This document shows, one piece after another, positions 38,953-48,339 of a DNA stretch of 64,000 nt (positions are counted from its first letter, which is position 1; each line of letters begins with the position of its first letter). The stretch lies in the sequence record SRR31156797_826, one strand, 5' to 3'. The notes beneath the pieces were generated by a model. It did no database searches and was not told where the DNA came from. It was given only the letters and a program-made list of their open reading frames with translations. Both the position numbers and the translations under genes were made by a program.

Positions 38953-39543
38953 TTAATTGATCCCCTTAATAAAGAAATCAACAACGGACTCTACATGATC
39001 CTTAATCTCATTTTCGTTTAAATTAGGTCTACGCCCTATTATGACTGCTGATCTTGCGGATAATAAGAGATTAATAAAGAAATAAGACTTTTGACTACAG
39101 TCTTTGATGCCTGGCTCACTGATTTGTAAAAACTCTATTAGTTTAGCAAATGATTCGTTTGGTCCTGCTTCCATGAAAACTTTTGATAATTCAACATTAC
39201 CAGACTCAGCAACCATAAGCTTATATATGCCGATTATTTCTTCTGTAAGGTGAAATCTCATGAACCCTATTCCAAACATAATCAATGCAGACCTGAAATC
39301 TAGCTTATAATCAAGTTGCATATTAAGCTCTTTATTGACATCTGTATTTGCCTGTTGCATCACAGCTTCAAAAAGCTCTAATTTTGAAGAGAAATATCTG
39401 TAAACAGTCTGCTTGGTTACACCAGCTTCTTTTGCGACCTCATCCATGGTTGAGTTTGTGAAACCTCTGGTTAAAAATAGTTTTTTTGCAGAGGTAACGA
39501 TTAGGTTACTCTTGTTTTTATAGTTTTTATAAGCTTTAGTCAT
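38953..39543 (-). CDS. TetR/AcrR family regulator
   Basis: AKKLFLTRGF..TMDEVAKEAGVTKQTVYRYFSSKLELF. Confidence 0.93.
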   Translation of the reverse strand: MTKAYKNYKNKSNLIVTSAKKLFLTRGFTNSTMDEVAKEAGVTKQTVYRYFSSKLELFEAVMQQANTDVNKELNMQLDYKLDFRSALIMFGIGFMRFHLTEEIIGIYKLMVAESGNVELSKVFMEAGPNESFAKLIEFLQISEPGIKDCSQKSYFFINLLLSARSAVIIGRRPNLNENEIKDHVESVVDFFIKGIN

Positions 39544-39569
39544 ACCCTATTATATCGTAAAAATACTTA

Positions 39570-39637
39570 TTGACAATATACTATTCAGTGATATATCTAC
39601 ATACTGTAGAGTATGATTATTATACACTATTAAGTAA
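39570..39637. promoter_or_regulatory. Divergent TetR/DMT promoter with three operator palindromes
   Basis: TTGACA at 39570; A(T/C)ACT-N4-AGT at 39578, 39601 and 39624. Confidence 0.7.
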
Positions 39638-39652
39638 CATGACGGAGGATTT

Positions 39653-40510
39653 ATGAAATCAGATACATCAGAAAGATTTAAGGGACTTATACTAGTATAT
39701 TCTGGAGTATTATTAATTAGCGTAGAGCCGATTTTAATTCGATTTTCAGGTAGCTCAAGCTGGAATACAGCATTTTGGTTTGGCATTTTCATAGCCATAT
39801 CTATGACCATCTGCACAAGATATTTTACAGGTAATAATGTATTAACGCTTGCAAGGATTAGTGGGTACCCTCTTATCTTTTCAAGCTTTTTGATGGGCTG
39901 CAGTGCTACCTCCTTTATAACAGCCGTTCAGTACACATCAGCAGCAAACAGCATACTTATTCTTAGTACAGCATCACTATTTGCGGCAGTATTCAGTAGA
40001 GTTTTTATAGGCGAAAAGACTCACACAAGGACAATAATATCTATCCTTATTATTATTTTTTGCATTTTAGGAATGCTTTACGACTCACTCACTTCAGGAG
40101 GTTTAAAAGGAAATCTATTTGCTCTTTTAGCTACAATAATAATAGGCTCTAACCAGACTCTAATGAGGAAATACAAGCAAGTTAGCAGAATGGCTGTAGT
40201 TGCATTTGGTGGGCTTGTCGTAACACTTATAAGCTTACCATTCGCTGAACCAATGAATGTTCCGGCGGATGGCGTTATTGCTTTATTAGCTCTAGGACTT
40301 ATCACAGCTCCTTTAGGTAGAGTTTTTGTCATGACAGCGATACGTTATCTGCAAGTTGCTGAAGTAGGCATGATCAACCTTCTTCAAGTTTTCCTAACAG
40401 CAATAGCTGCATGGGTAGCTTTTAGTGAAGTGCCTAATATAGCGACTTTAATTGGTGGCTCTATAATCACTTTTACTCTCGCTATTCATAACCTGATAGG
40501 TTCTAAATAA
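39653..40510 (+). CDS. DMT/EamA family transporter
   Basis: About 10 TMs, two EamA repeats (FITAVQYTSAA..FIGEK; AIRYL..AFSE.P). Confidence 0.9.
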   Translation: MKSDTSERFKGLILVYSGVLLISVEPILIRFSGSSSWNTAFWFGIFIAISMTICTRYFTGNNVLTLARISGYPLIFSSFLMGCSATSFITAVQYTSAANSILILSTASLFAAVFSRVFIGEKTHTRTIISILIIIFCILGMLYDSLTSGGLKGNLFALLATIIIGSNQTLMRKYKQVSRMAVVAFGGLVVTLISLPFAEPMNVPADGVIALLALGLITAPLGRVFVMTAIRYLQVAEVGMINLLQVFLTAIAAWVAFSEVPNIATLIGGSIITFTLAIHNLIGSK

Positions 40511-40540
40511 ACTGAGTCTCCTGCCCTACGATATATTCAT

Positions 40541-40582
40541 AAAAAAAACCTCCGGTATCACATTCAAGACGCCGGAGGCTTT
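40541..40582 (-). terminator. Intrinsic terminator after dcu gene (possibly bidirectional)
   Basis: CCTCCGG..CCGGAGG stem flanked by A8 and T tracts. Confidence 0.8.
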
Positions 40583-40640
40583 TATACAACTTTATTAATT
40601 GACTATCAGGAGCGTCAAATTTTATACGCTTATCCTGCGG

Positions 40641-41963
40641 TCACATAATGGCGTTAGCGATAAGGTAGCCTACCACGCACGATACAGGAACTCCTATCAG
40701 TCCGGGAGCCATGAAGCTGTGGTTAAAGTAGAACTTACCAATCTTTGTAGTACCTGTAGTATCAAATGTGCATGTTGCGATATCTGACGGATAGTTCGGG
40801 ATGAAGAAGTATCCGTAGCATGAAGGCATGATACCTATGAGCAGTGCCGGCGGAAGCCCGAGAGCGAGACCAACAGGGAGCATCATACGGCATGTCGCAG
40901 CCTGTGAGTTTACAACTACTGACACGATAAACATAGCGAGTGCGAATGTCCATGGGTAGCTCTGAACCATACCGGTGATACCAGCTTTAAAGCTTGGCAT
41001 AGCGTGCTGGAAATATGTATCTGACATCCATGCGATACCGAAGATAGCTATAGCCGCTACCATACCTGATTTAAATACTACACCTTCAGGTATTTTATTT
41101 GTTTTAGTCTTAGTAACGATGAGGATTATACCACCGAAGCAGAGCATCATCATCTGGATAACTACAGACATTTTAATAGGTTTTGCGCCCTCTGCTATTG
41201 TTCTTACCTGCGGAAACATAGCGATTGCAACGATTGTAAGCAGTGCGAGTATAAAGATAAGTACAGAGTTTCTTGCTGATGAAGGTAATACCTCATCGAG
41301 AGTAGTCGCTGTTGTGTTTCTTATTCTCTCACCCCAAACAGGATCTTCCAGCCTCTTCTGATACTCAGGATCATCCTTAAGCTCTTTACCTCTTCTGAGT
41401 GAGTAAAGAGACATAGCAATCGTACCGCAAAGTGTCGCAGGTATAGTTACGCTGAGTATAGACACAAGTGTTATGTTACCTACACCGGAAAGCTGTGAAA
41501 GGTAATAAACAACAGCCGCAGAGATCGGGCTTGCTGTGATACCAAGCTGTGAAGCGACAGATGCCGCTGCCATCGGTCTTTCAGGGCGTATCTCATTTTT
41601 AAGAGCTACGTCGCCTATGATAGGCATAATGGAATAAACAGCGTGACCTGTACCAAGCATAAAAGTGATTGTGTAAGTCACTAATGGTCCGAGTATTGTA
41701 ATACGCCTAGGATTTGACCTGAGAAGTCTCTCAGCTACCTGAAGCATATATTTTAATCCGCCCGCTGCCTCTAGCACAGAAGCACATGTGACCACCGCAA
41801 GGATGATCAGCATAACTGTAATAGGTGGTGATGTCGGTGTCATACCGAATACAAAAACCTCGATAGCGAGACCGATACCTGAAACAACTCCAAGTCCGAT
41901 ACCACCATAGCGGCTGCCCATATAGAGCATAACCAGTAAAAACATAAATTGCATATATAACAT
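40641..41963 (-). CDS. dcuB: Anaerobic C4-dicarboxylate transporter (DcuA/DcuB family)
   Basis: GSRYGGIGLG, GTGH, IRPERP, ITASPISAA, PNYPSD, GTTKIGKF.FNHSF; GGAGG RBS before ATG 41963; dcuA versus dcuB not certain. Confidence 0.85.
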   Translation of the reverse strand: MLYMQFMFLLVMLYMGSRYGGIGLGVVSGIGLAIEVFVFGMTPTSPPITVMLIILAVVTCASVLEAAGGLKYMLQVAERLLRSNPRRITILGPLVTYTITFMLGTGHAVYSIMPIIGDVALKNEIRPERPMAAASVASQLGITASPISAAVVYYLSQLSGVGNITLVSILSVTIPATLCGTIAMSLYSLRRGKELKDDPEYQKRLEDPVWGERIRNTTATTLDEVLPSSARNSVLIFILALLTIVAIAMFPQVRTIAEGAKPIKMSVVIQMMMLCFGGIILIVTKTKTNKIPEGVVFKSGMVAAIAIFGIAWMSDTYFQHAMPSFKAGITGMVQSYPWTFALAMFIVSVVVNSQAATCRMMLPVGLALGLPPALLIGIMPSCYGYFFIPNYPSDIATCTFDTTGTTKIGKFYFNHSFMAPGLIGVPVSCVVGYLIANAIM

Positions 41964-42137
41964 GGTATACCTCCAGTGATTTTCTAACACTGAATATACA
42001 CCCTTCAATAACAATGTAAATTATTTGGAAATAAGCAATTTTAAGAATTTAAAGAACTTTTTGCACTTTCTGCTCACAGCCTATGAGGCTGATCAGAAAT
42101 AGTAAGTCGTGGATGATTTGTGCTGGTTCAACTCGTG

Positions 42138-42160
42138 CGCTCCCGATGGTCGCTTGATAA
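42138..42160. repeat. Dispersed intergenic hairpin repeat, copy 2
   Basis: CGCTCCCGATGGTCGCTTGATAA; see copies at 30969 and 33659. Confidence 0.7.
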
Positions 42161-42186
42161 GGGTTGTAATGCATGGATGTTATGTC

Positions 42187-42861
42187 TCAAACTGCTAGTT
42201 TGAACCTCTTCTCCGGTCTGCCGATAGTTCCGTAGTCTATATCAACAGTGAGGCGCCCTGCTCCTGTGAGGTATTCCAGATAGCGTCTGGCTGTGTTCCT
42301 GCTGGCTCCTATCTCTGCCCCAACCTCTTCTGCACTCATAGGTTCCTTCGCAGAGTCAAATACTAAAATGATCTTTTTAAGTGTAATAGGGTCGATACCT
42401 TTTGGCATCTCCTGATTCGATGCAGGTTCCGTATGACGATCAAGAATACTGTCGATGTCGCCCTGCTCCAACGTCCCGTGAGCTTGCATCTCTTTCTGAT
42501 ACTCTTTAAATTTCTCCAGAGATTTTTTAAAACGCTCAAAGATAACAGGTTTTACGATATAGTCAAAAGCTCCGCCACGAACAGCTTCCTGTAATGACTT
42601 CACATCTCTTGATGCTGTGATAAGAATGATATCGGTTGTAATCCCTGACCCTCGGACTTTCCAGAGGAAATCCATCCCGCTGCCATCCGGAAAATACAGG
42701 TCTAAGAGCACCAGTTCCGGCTTGAGTATCTCAGTCATATCATACGCATCTTCGATGCTGTTTGCGATACCGATAACCTCGAACCCATCCACCTTTTCCG
42801 TAAACCGTCTGTGCAAGTTAGCTATATCTATATCATCTTCTACAATAAGAACTTTTACCAC
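42187..42861 (-). CDS. CitB/DcuR-family response regulator
   Basis: Receiver LLDLYFPDGSG, PKGIDPITL, ASRNTARRYLEYL, YGTIGRP. Confidence 0.92.
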   Translation of the reverse strand: MVKVLIVEDDIDIANLHRRFTEKVDGFEVIGIANSIEDAYDMTEILKPELVLLDLYFPDGSGMDFLWKVRGSGITTDIILITASRDVKSLQEAVRGGAFDYIVKPVIFERFKKSLEKFKEYQKEMQAHGTLEQGDIDSILDRHTEPASNQEMPKGIDPITLKKIILVFDSAKEPMSAEEVGAEIGASRNTARRYLEYLTGAGRLTVDIDYGTIGRPEKRFKLAV

Positions 42862-42864
42862 GTA

Positions 42865-44466
42865 TCACACTCCCATCTTAGGAATTATAACATCAAAATG
42901 CGCACCGCCAAGTCTTTTCGATGATGCTGTCTTTATACTCGCACCGAGAGCTTTAAGTGCCATAGTAACGTTATACAGCCCTATTCCACGGCTTCCTGAT
43001 TTTGTCGAAACACCCTTTTGAAAGATGTCCATCCTAGGGGGCAGACCTCTACCAGAGTCCTCTACTTTTATATAGTAGTTTGCAAGATCTTCATAAAGCC
43101 CGACAGATATCATCGGTTCCCTGGTGTCGTTATCCTTCGCCGCATCTATAGCATTATCCAGCAGGTTTGCGAAAATAGTTAGTATGTGATCAGCCATCAC
43201 AGGTCTCTTCTCCCAACCGCCGTTAAAATCCACCTCAAACCCGCACTTCAGCTCGCCCGCTCTATTATATTTTCCAAGCAGAACAGCGGCTATCATCGGG
43301 CAGTTTATCTGACTATCTGTAAACTCCACAAGTTTATGGTAGCCTTCGGATTCTTTGAGGATTATATTCTTCGCTTCGTCATATTCCTCGAGCTGCAAAA
43401 GCCCACTTATTGTATGGAGTTTATTTGAATATTCGTGGCTCTGAACACGAAGAAGCTCTGAGCACTGTTTCGCCTGCTGAAGCTCATTATTCAGGTGATC
43501 CATCTCGTCTTTTCTACGAAAGGTCGCAACAGCACCTGACGGTTTATCATTAACCATAAGGGTGGCAATATTGAAAAGCATGATATGACCGGCAGCAAAA
43601 ATCTCCTCATCGTACGCCTCTTCCATATCTTCAATCCGCTGAGTAATATACGCCTGCGGAATTACATCATTAATATTCTTACCTGTAAGCCCCGAATCAG
43701 AAGACAGCAGCCTGATCGCCTCGTTATTGCAATATCTGACACTGCCGTCTTTATTAACAGCTATTATTCCGGCACGAACATTATTGAGAATAACCTCACG
43801 CTCACGGTGCATAGAAGCTATCTCGACAGGCTCCAGACCAAGTGTGAGCTTTTTGATATAGCTGCCGATAAACGATGCTCCAATCAACCCAGCCATAAGC
43901 ATGAAAAACATATATGTCAGAGGTTCTTTACGTGCGTTGTTTATGAGCCGCATCACACTTGTTTCCAGATATCCAACTGAGACAAAACCAATTATGTCGC
44001 CCAACTCAGTTCTGACAGGGGCAAAGCCTCTGAGTGAAAGCCCTAGCGTTCCAACAGCTCTCGAAGCGTAAATTTCACCATGCTCAACTGCACGGCTGAA
44101 ATCACCGCCGACAAACTTATGTCCGATACGCTCTTTCACCGGATGTGTCAGCCTTATCCCATCAGTGCTGGCGACAACGATAAACTGTGCGCCAATCTCA
44201 TCCTGGATGTCCGTGATAATATTCTGAAGTTTTTCGCTGGTTTGACCAGACTCAAGTGATTCTATGACAAAAGGCATTTTAGCTATTGTCATTGCGAGGC
44301 TGGTGGTTCGTTTCTTTAGAGAATCTTCGAGGAAGTTGCCCACCATTCCATTAAAAACTATCGCAGTGATAATTATTTGCATAGATACTAGCACTGAAAG
44401 GACAATAAACATCTGCCCTTTGATAGATTTCGGCATAAAGAATAAAAGCCCTCTTTCAGTTTTCAT
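42865..44466 (-). CDS. CitA/DcuS-family sensor histidine kinase
   Basis: RLTHP..RIG..FVGGD, GTLG, LGLEP, QSHEYSNKLHTISGL, NLLDNA, DSGRG. Confidence 0.92.
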   Translation of the reverse strand: MKTERGLLFFMPKSIKGQMFIVLSVLVSMQIIITAIVFNGMVGNFLEDSLKKRTTSLAMTIAKMPFVIESLESGQTSEKLQNIITDIQDEIGAQFIVVASTDGIRLTHPVKERIGHKFVGGDFSRAVEHGEIYASRAVGTLGLSLRGFAPVRTELGDIIGFVSVGYLETSVMRLINNARKEPLTYMFFMLMAGLIGASFIGSYIKKLTLGLEPVEIASMHREREVILNNVRAGIIAVNKDGSVRYCNNEAIRLLSSDSGLTGKNINDVIPQAYITQRIEDMEEAYDEEIFAAGHIMLFNIATLMVNDKPSGAVATFRRKDEMDHLNNELQQAKQCSELLRVQSHEYSNKLHTISGLLQLEEYDEAKNIILKESEGYHKLVEFTDSQINCPMIAAVLLGKYNRAGELKCGFEVDFNGGWEKRPVMADHILTIFANLLDNAIDAAKDNDTREPMISVGLYEDLANYYIKVEDSGRGLPPRMDIFQKGVSTKSGSRGIGLYNVTMALKALGASIKTASSKRLGGAHFDVIIPKMGV

Positions 44467-44579
44467 GGTGTACCAACATTGTATTTGCTTAACCTAATAT
44501 ACAACGGTTTATCAAACTTACAATAAAATTTCATTTATCAATTTGACATTTAACTTAAAGGCAGTAATATAAGGGTCTT

Positions 44580-45662
44580 ATGAAGATACTACATATAGAT
44601 ACTGGTAAAGAATGGCGTGGCGGACAGAGGCAAACTCTCTTTCTGCACGAAGGGCTTATCAAATCAGGCATTAAATCTGCAATCGTCTGTAACGAGCGTG
44701 GCGAGCTCTGTAAAAAAGAAGTTGACGGACTTATCCCAGTTTCTTTTAAAGGGGAGGCTGACCTCGGCTTCTTAAGTGAATTAAAGAATATTATAAAAGA
44801 GTTAAAGCCTGATATAGTTCATACCCATGACGCACATTCTCTCACACCCGCCCTCTTCGCAAAGATTACCGGAAGAGGCTTTAAGCTCATTAACACCCGC
44901 AGAGTTGACTTCAGTATCAATAAAGGCTTTATCAAACGAAAGAAGTATAGCAATAGCAAGCTCGCCAGGGTCGTTGCTATATCTGAAGCTATAAAAGACA
45001 TATTGATAGACGACGGTGTCCCTGTTGATAGAATTCCTGTGATCAATAGCGGTGTACGCTTCCCAAAAAGTATCGATTATCAGAAAGTTCTGAAATTAAG
45101 AGAAGAATACAGCATTACAGAAGACTCTTATATCATTGGTAATGTTGCTAATATAGCTGACCATAAAGATCACTTCACCCTTCTTGATGCTTTCGAAAAA
45201 TTTCACTGTACCGATGATGATGCAAAGCTCATTCTCGTTGGTGACGGTCCTATGTTTGACGAAGTGAAAGAGTATGCTGAAAAGCTTGATGCAAAAGACA
45301 ATATTATCTTCGCTGGATATAGAGAAGATATTTATGAGCACATCGCTATATTTGATGTTTTCTGCATGTCATCAAAAACCGAAGGACTTTGCACCTCGAT
45401 AATCGATGCACTTTTTATGGGAAAACCTGTTGTCGCTACCAGAGCCGGTGGTATACCAGAACTTGTGAAGCATAGATTTAACGGGCTTCTCAGCGATGTT
45501 AAGGATGTGGATGGGCTATATGAAAACCTCGAAGAGATTTATGACGAGACAGAGAAGGAAGCAACCTATTCTGCTAACGCATACCACACGTCACTCAAAT
45601 TTACTGACGGCAGTATGGTAAACAAATATATTAAACTTTATAAAGAACTTATATCAGAGTAA
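44580..45662 (+). CDS. Glycosyltransferase family 4
   Basis: WRGGQRQ, HTHD, KDH, EGLCTSIIDA, AGGIPE. Confidence 0.9.
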   Translation: MKILHIDTGKEWRGGQRQTLFLHEGLIKSGIKSAIVCNERGELCKKEVDGLIPVSFKGEADLGFLSELKNIIKELKPDIVHTHDAHSLTPALFAKITGRGFKLINTRRVDFSINKGFIKRKKYSNSKLARVVAISEAIKDILIDDGVPVDRIPVINSGVRFPKSIDYQKVLKLREEYSITEDSYIIGNVANIADHKDHFTLLDAFEKFHCTDDDAKLILVGDGPMFDEVKEYAEKLDAKDNIIFAGYREDIYEHIAIFDVFCMSSKTEGLCTSIIDALFMGKPVVATRAGGIPELVKHRFNGLLSDVKDVDGLYENLEEIYDETEKEATYSANAYHTSLKFTDGSMVNKYIKLYKELISE

Positions 45663-46121
45663 GCGTTTGAATTTCTTGTAGATAAACCCTTCGTAGTCAG
45701 CAGATTCAACCTCTTCAAAATCCGCTTTATCAAATTCAGGGAAATATGTATCCCCCTCAGGTGATTCCTTAACGTATGAGATATGCATTTCATCTACTAT
45801 ATTAACGACTTCTGCGTATATCTGACCACCACCGATAAAGAAAAGTGTTTTATCAGAATCTTCCGCAGCATCAATACATTCCTGCACAGATTTATAAACC
45901 GAACAACCCTCTATAGGTTTTCCAGCACGGCTGATCACAAAATTTTCCCTGTTAGGAAGTGGGCGCCCAATCGACTCGTAAGTCTTTCTTCCCATTGCGA
46001 TAATATGCCCTGATGTGGTGGCTTTAAAAAGCTTCAGATCTTCAGGAAGATGCCAAGGCATGTCGTTATCTTTCCCGATCACATAGTCATTAGTCATAGC
46101 TACGATGAGAGCTGTCTTCAT
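45654..46121 (-). CDS. folA: Dihydrofolate reductase
   Basis: IGKDNDMPWHLPEDL, MGRKTYESI..PLPNR, IGGGQIY, GDTYFP. Confidence 0.96.
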   Translation of the reverse strand: MKTALIVAMTNDYVIGKDNDMPWHLPEDLKLFKATTSGHIIAMGRKTYESIGRPLPNRENFVISRAGKPIEGCSVYKSVQECIDAAEDSDKTLFFIGGGQIYAEVVNIVDEMHISYVKESPEGDTYFPEFDKADFEEVESADYEGFIYKKFKRLL

Positions 46122-46981
46122 TAAACTGCCACCTCGAAACGTATAACCGGATGTGACTGATAATCAACAAGTTTTATATCGTCAAAAGTGAGCTGATCGA
46201 AAGGTTTATCGGCTATCTCAACCTTTGAAAGAGCCATCGGCTCACGCTCGAGCTGTTCTTTCAGACCATCAATATGGTTCTCATAAACGTGCGCATCGAT
46301 GATTGTGTGGGCGAATTCACCAACTTCAAGACCGACTTCTTTTGCGAGCATCATAGTGAGCAGTGCGTAGCATGAAAGATTAAAAGGGATACCAAGTGCG
46401 ATATCGCCGGAACGCTGTGTCAGGTGGCAATTCAGCTTGCCAGCCTTAACCGAAAAGCAGAAAGAGTAGTGACACGGCGGAAGCTTGCTCTCCGCTGCAT
46501 TTGCCGGATGCCATGCGGAAATGACCATTCTGCGCTGTGCGGAACAGTTCGGATTATCTTTTACTTCTTTAAGGTTATCAATAACATACTGAATCTGGTC
46601 GAAAGTTTTACTCCCATCAGACTCCGTATTGGTCCATTTATCGCCCCAGTTCTCGCCATCGAGCCCTTTCTCTGGAACCGGAAACCTGCGCCAGAAGCGA
46701 CCGTAAGCAGTTTCAAGCCTGCCCTCTTCGTCCGCCCATGCGTCCCATATTTTAGTTTTTGTACGGAGGTCTTTGATGTGCTCTTCACCTGATAAATACC
46801 AGAAAAGTTCGTGCACCATAGAGTTGAAAAACATCTTTTTTGTGGTGAGAAGCGGAAAACCATCGGCGAGATTTACTCTGTAGAAATAGCTGAAAACGCT
46901 GTATGTAGCAACGCCTGTTCTGTTCGGAAGGTATACCCCGTTATCGAGAACATATTTGACCATATCTTTGTAAACCTGCAT
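46121..46981 (-). CDS. thyA: Thymidylate synthase
   Basis: RTG, FPLLTTKK, LPPCH, QRSGD..LGIPFN, AHVYENH. Confidence 0.96.
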   Translation of the reverse strand: MQVYKDMVKYVLDNGVYLPNRTGVATYSVFSYFYRVNLADGFPLLTTKKMFFNSMVHELFWYLSGEEHIKDLRTKTKIWDAWADEEGRLETAYGRFWRRFPVPEKGLDGENWGDKWTNTESDGSKTFDQIQYVIDNLKEVKDNPNCSAQRRMVISAWHPANAAESKLPPCHYSFCFSVKAGKLNCHLTQRSGDIALGIPFNLSCYALLTMMLAKEVGLEVGEFAHTIIDAHVYENHIDGLKEQLEREPMALSKVEIADKPFDQLTFDDIKLVDYQSHPVIRFEVAV

Positions 46982-47011
46982 CCGATTCCTCCGTAAACTC
47001 AGTAAGTTATA

Positions 47012-47671
47012 CTATTTATAAAACTTCTTCAATCTGTGTGGACTCACGCCCATATAATAGAGTGAGATGATAACCCAATTACGCAAAGTTGTATAGATTA
47101 AACCTTCTTTCTGCCACCTGCGGGCGGATGTTTTCACCGGCACGCCAGACAGTAAGATATTCATACCTTTACGTTTAAAATCCTGCATCAGCCGGACATC
47201 CTCCATCAGAGGTATATCAGCGTAGCCGCCGACAGTGTCAAACGCCTCTCTCCTGCAAAAAATTGCCTGATCACCGTAAGGCATTTTAGTCAGCCTGTTC
47301 CGTATGGCGACAAAAGTTTCTATTATACGAAAGATAGGTCTCTTATCATCAATTTCAAGTCGGAATGCGCCAGCATCATTATCGGTCAAACCTTTACTAA
47401 TTACGTCGTAAAAACTCTCAGGAAGGATAGTGTCAGCGTGTAGAAATAGGAGTGTATCACCGCTCGATTTTTCAGCACCGGAATTCATCTGATTAGCTCG
47501 TCCTATAGAAGATGTCACACATATAACATCTTTGTCTAATACAACTTTTGCTGTTTCGCCATTTGCATCAGAAACAATGATTTCGCAGTCAGAAAGTTGT
47601 CTGATATGCTCAATCAGAGTGTTGATATTCTCCTGTTCGTTATAAACAGGGATGACAACAGAGAGCCTCAT
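47012..47671 (-). CDS. GT2 glycosyltransferase, TIGR04283-like (arsenosugar / rSAM-selenodomain associated)
   Basis: GRANQMNSGA, LLFLHADT, PYGDQAIF, PLMEDV, TSARRW. Confidence 0.85.
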   Translation of the reverse strand: MRLSVVIPVYNEQENINTLIEHIRQLSDCEIIVSDANGETAKVVLDKDVICVTSSIGRANQMNSGAEKSSGDTLLFLHADTILPESFYDVISKGLTDNDAGAFRLEIDDKRPIFRIIETFVAIRNRLTKMPYGDQAIFCRREAFDTVGGYADIPLMEDVRLMQDFKRKGMNILLSGVPVKTSARRWQKEGLIYTTLRNWVIISLYYMGVSPHRLKKFYK

Positions 47672-48339
47672 CCCCTACTCTTTAGCTTGTTATAGCCAAC
47701 AGGAATGAGCATAAGAAGACCGAAAAGAACAAACGCCGAAAGCATCCCCGGAGAAAAAATGTCACCTGCGGACTCCACTTCCTTTAGCCTGCTACCCGCA
47801 TATACAAAAACAAAACCGCCAGGTATCATCCCCACAAAGGATGTCCAGACAAATGTAGAAAGATTTAATTTAGTGAGACCTGCGAGGATGTTAATCAGGA
47901 AAAAAGGGAAAATCGGAATCAGCCTGAGTGTCAGCATATATAGATGACCATTTGAATTGAGCTCACCATTAAGCTTATTAAGCTGTTTCTCATATCTTTT
48001 ATTTAGTGTATTACCAAGTATATATCTTGAAATCAGAAAGCTTATAGTTGCTCCTGCTGTGGCTCCGGCAACCGCAAGAAAAGTTCCCATAACAGAACCG
48101 AAAAGATAGCCTGCGCTAAGGGATAAAATAACTGCCCCAGGGATATTCAACCCTGTAACTGCAACATATATAATGGTAAATACCAGTACAGAAATAGTGT
48201 AATGCCCTCTAACGTAATCAAGGAGAGCGGACGCATTATCTTTCAACGCTCCGAATGTGAGGAACCCTGCATATTCGCTCTGCCTTATCCACAGTGCAAG
48301 TCCAATAATTACAACAAGCAGTAACAGTTTCTTTATCAC
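47668..48339 (-). CDS. TVP38/TMEM64 (DedA superfamily) membrane protein
   Basis: IPGA..LSAGYLFG, GAT..FLISRY, LRLIPIFPFFLIN. Confidence 0.9.
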   Translation of the reverse strand: MIKKLLLLVVIIGLALWIRQSEYAGFLTFGALKDNASALLDYVRGHYTISVLVFTIIYVAVTGLNIPGAVILSLSAGYLFGSVMGTFLAVAGATAGATISFLISRYILGNTLNKRYEKQLNKLNGELNSNGHLYMLTLRLIPIFPFFLINILAGLTKLNLSTFVWTSFVGMIPGGFVFVYAGSRLKEVESAGDIFSPGMLSAFVLFGLLMLIPVGYNKLKSRG

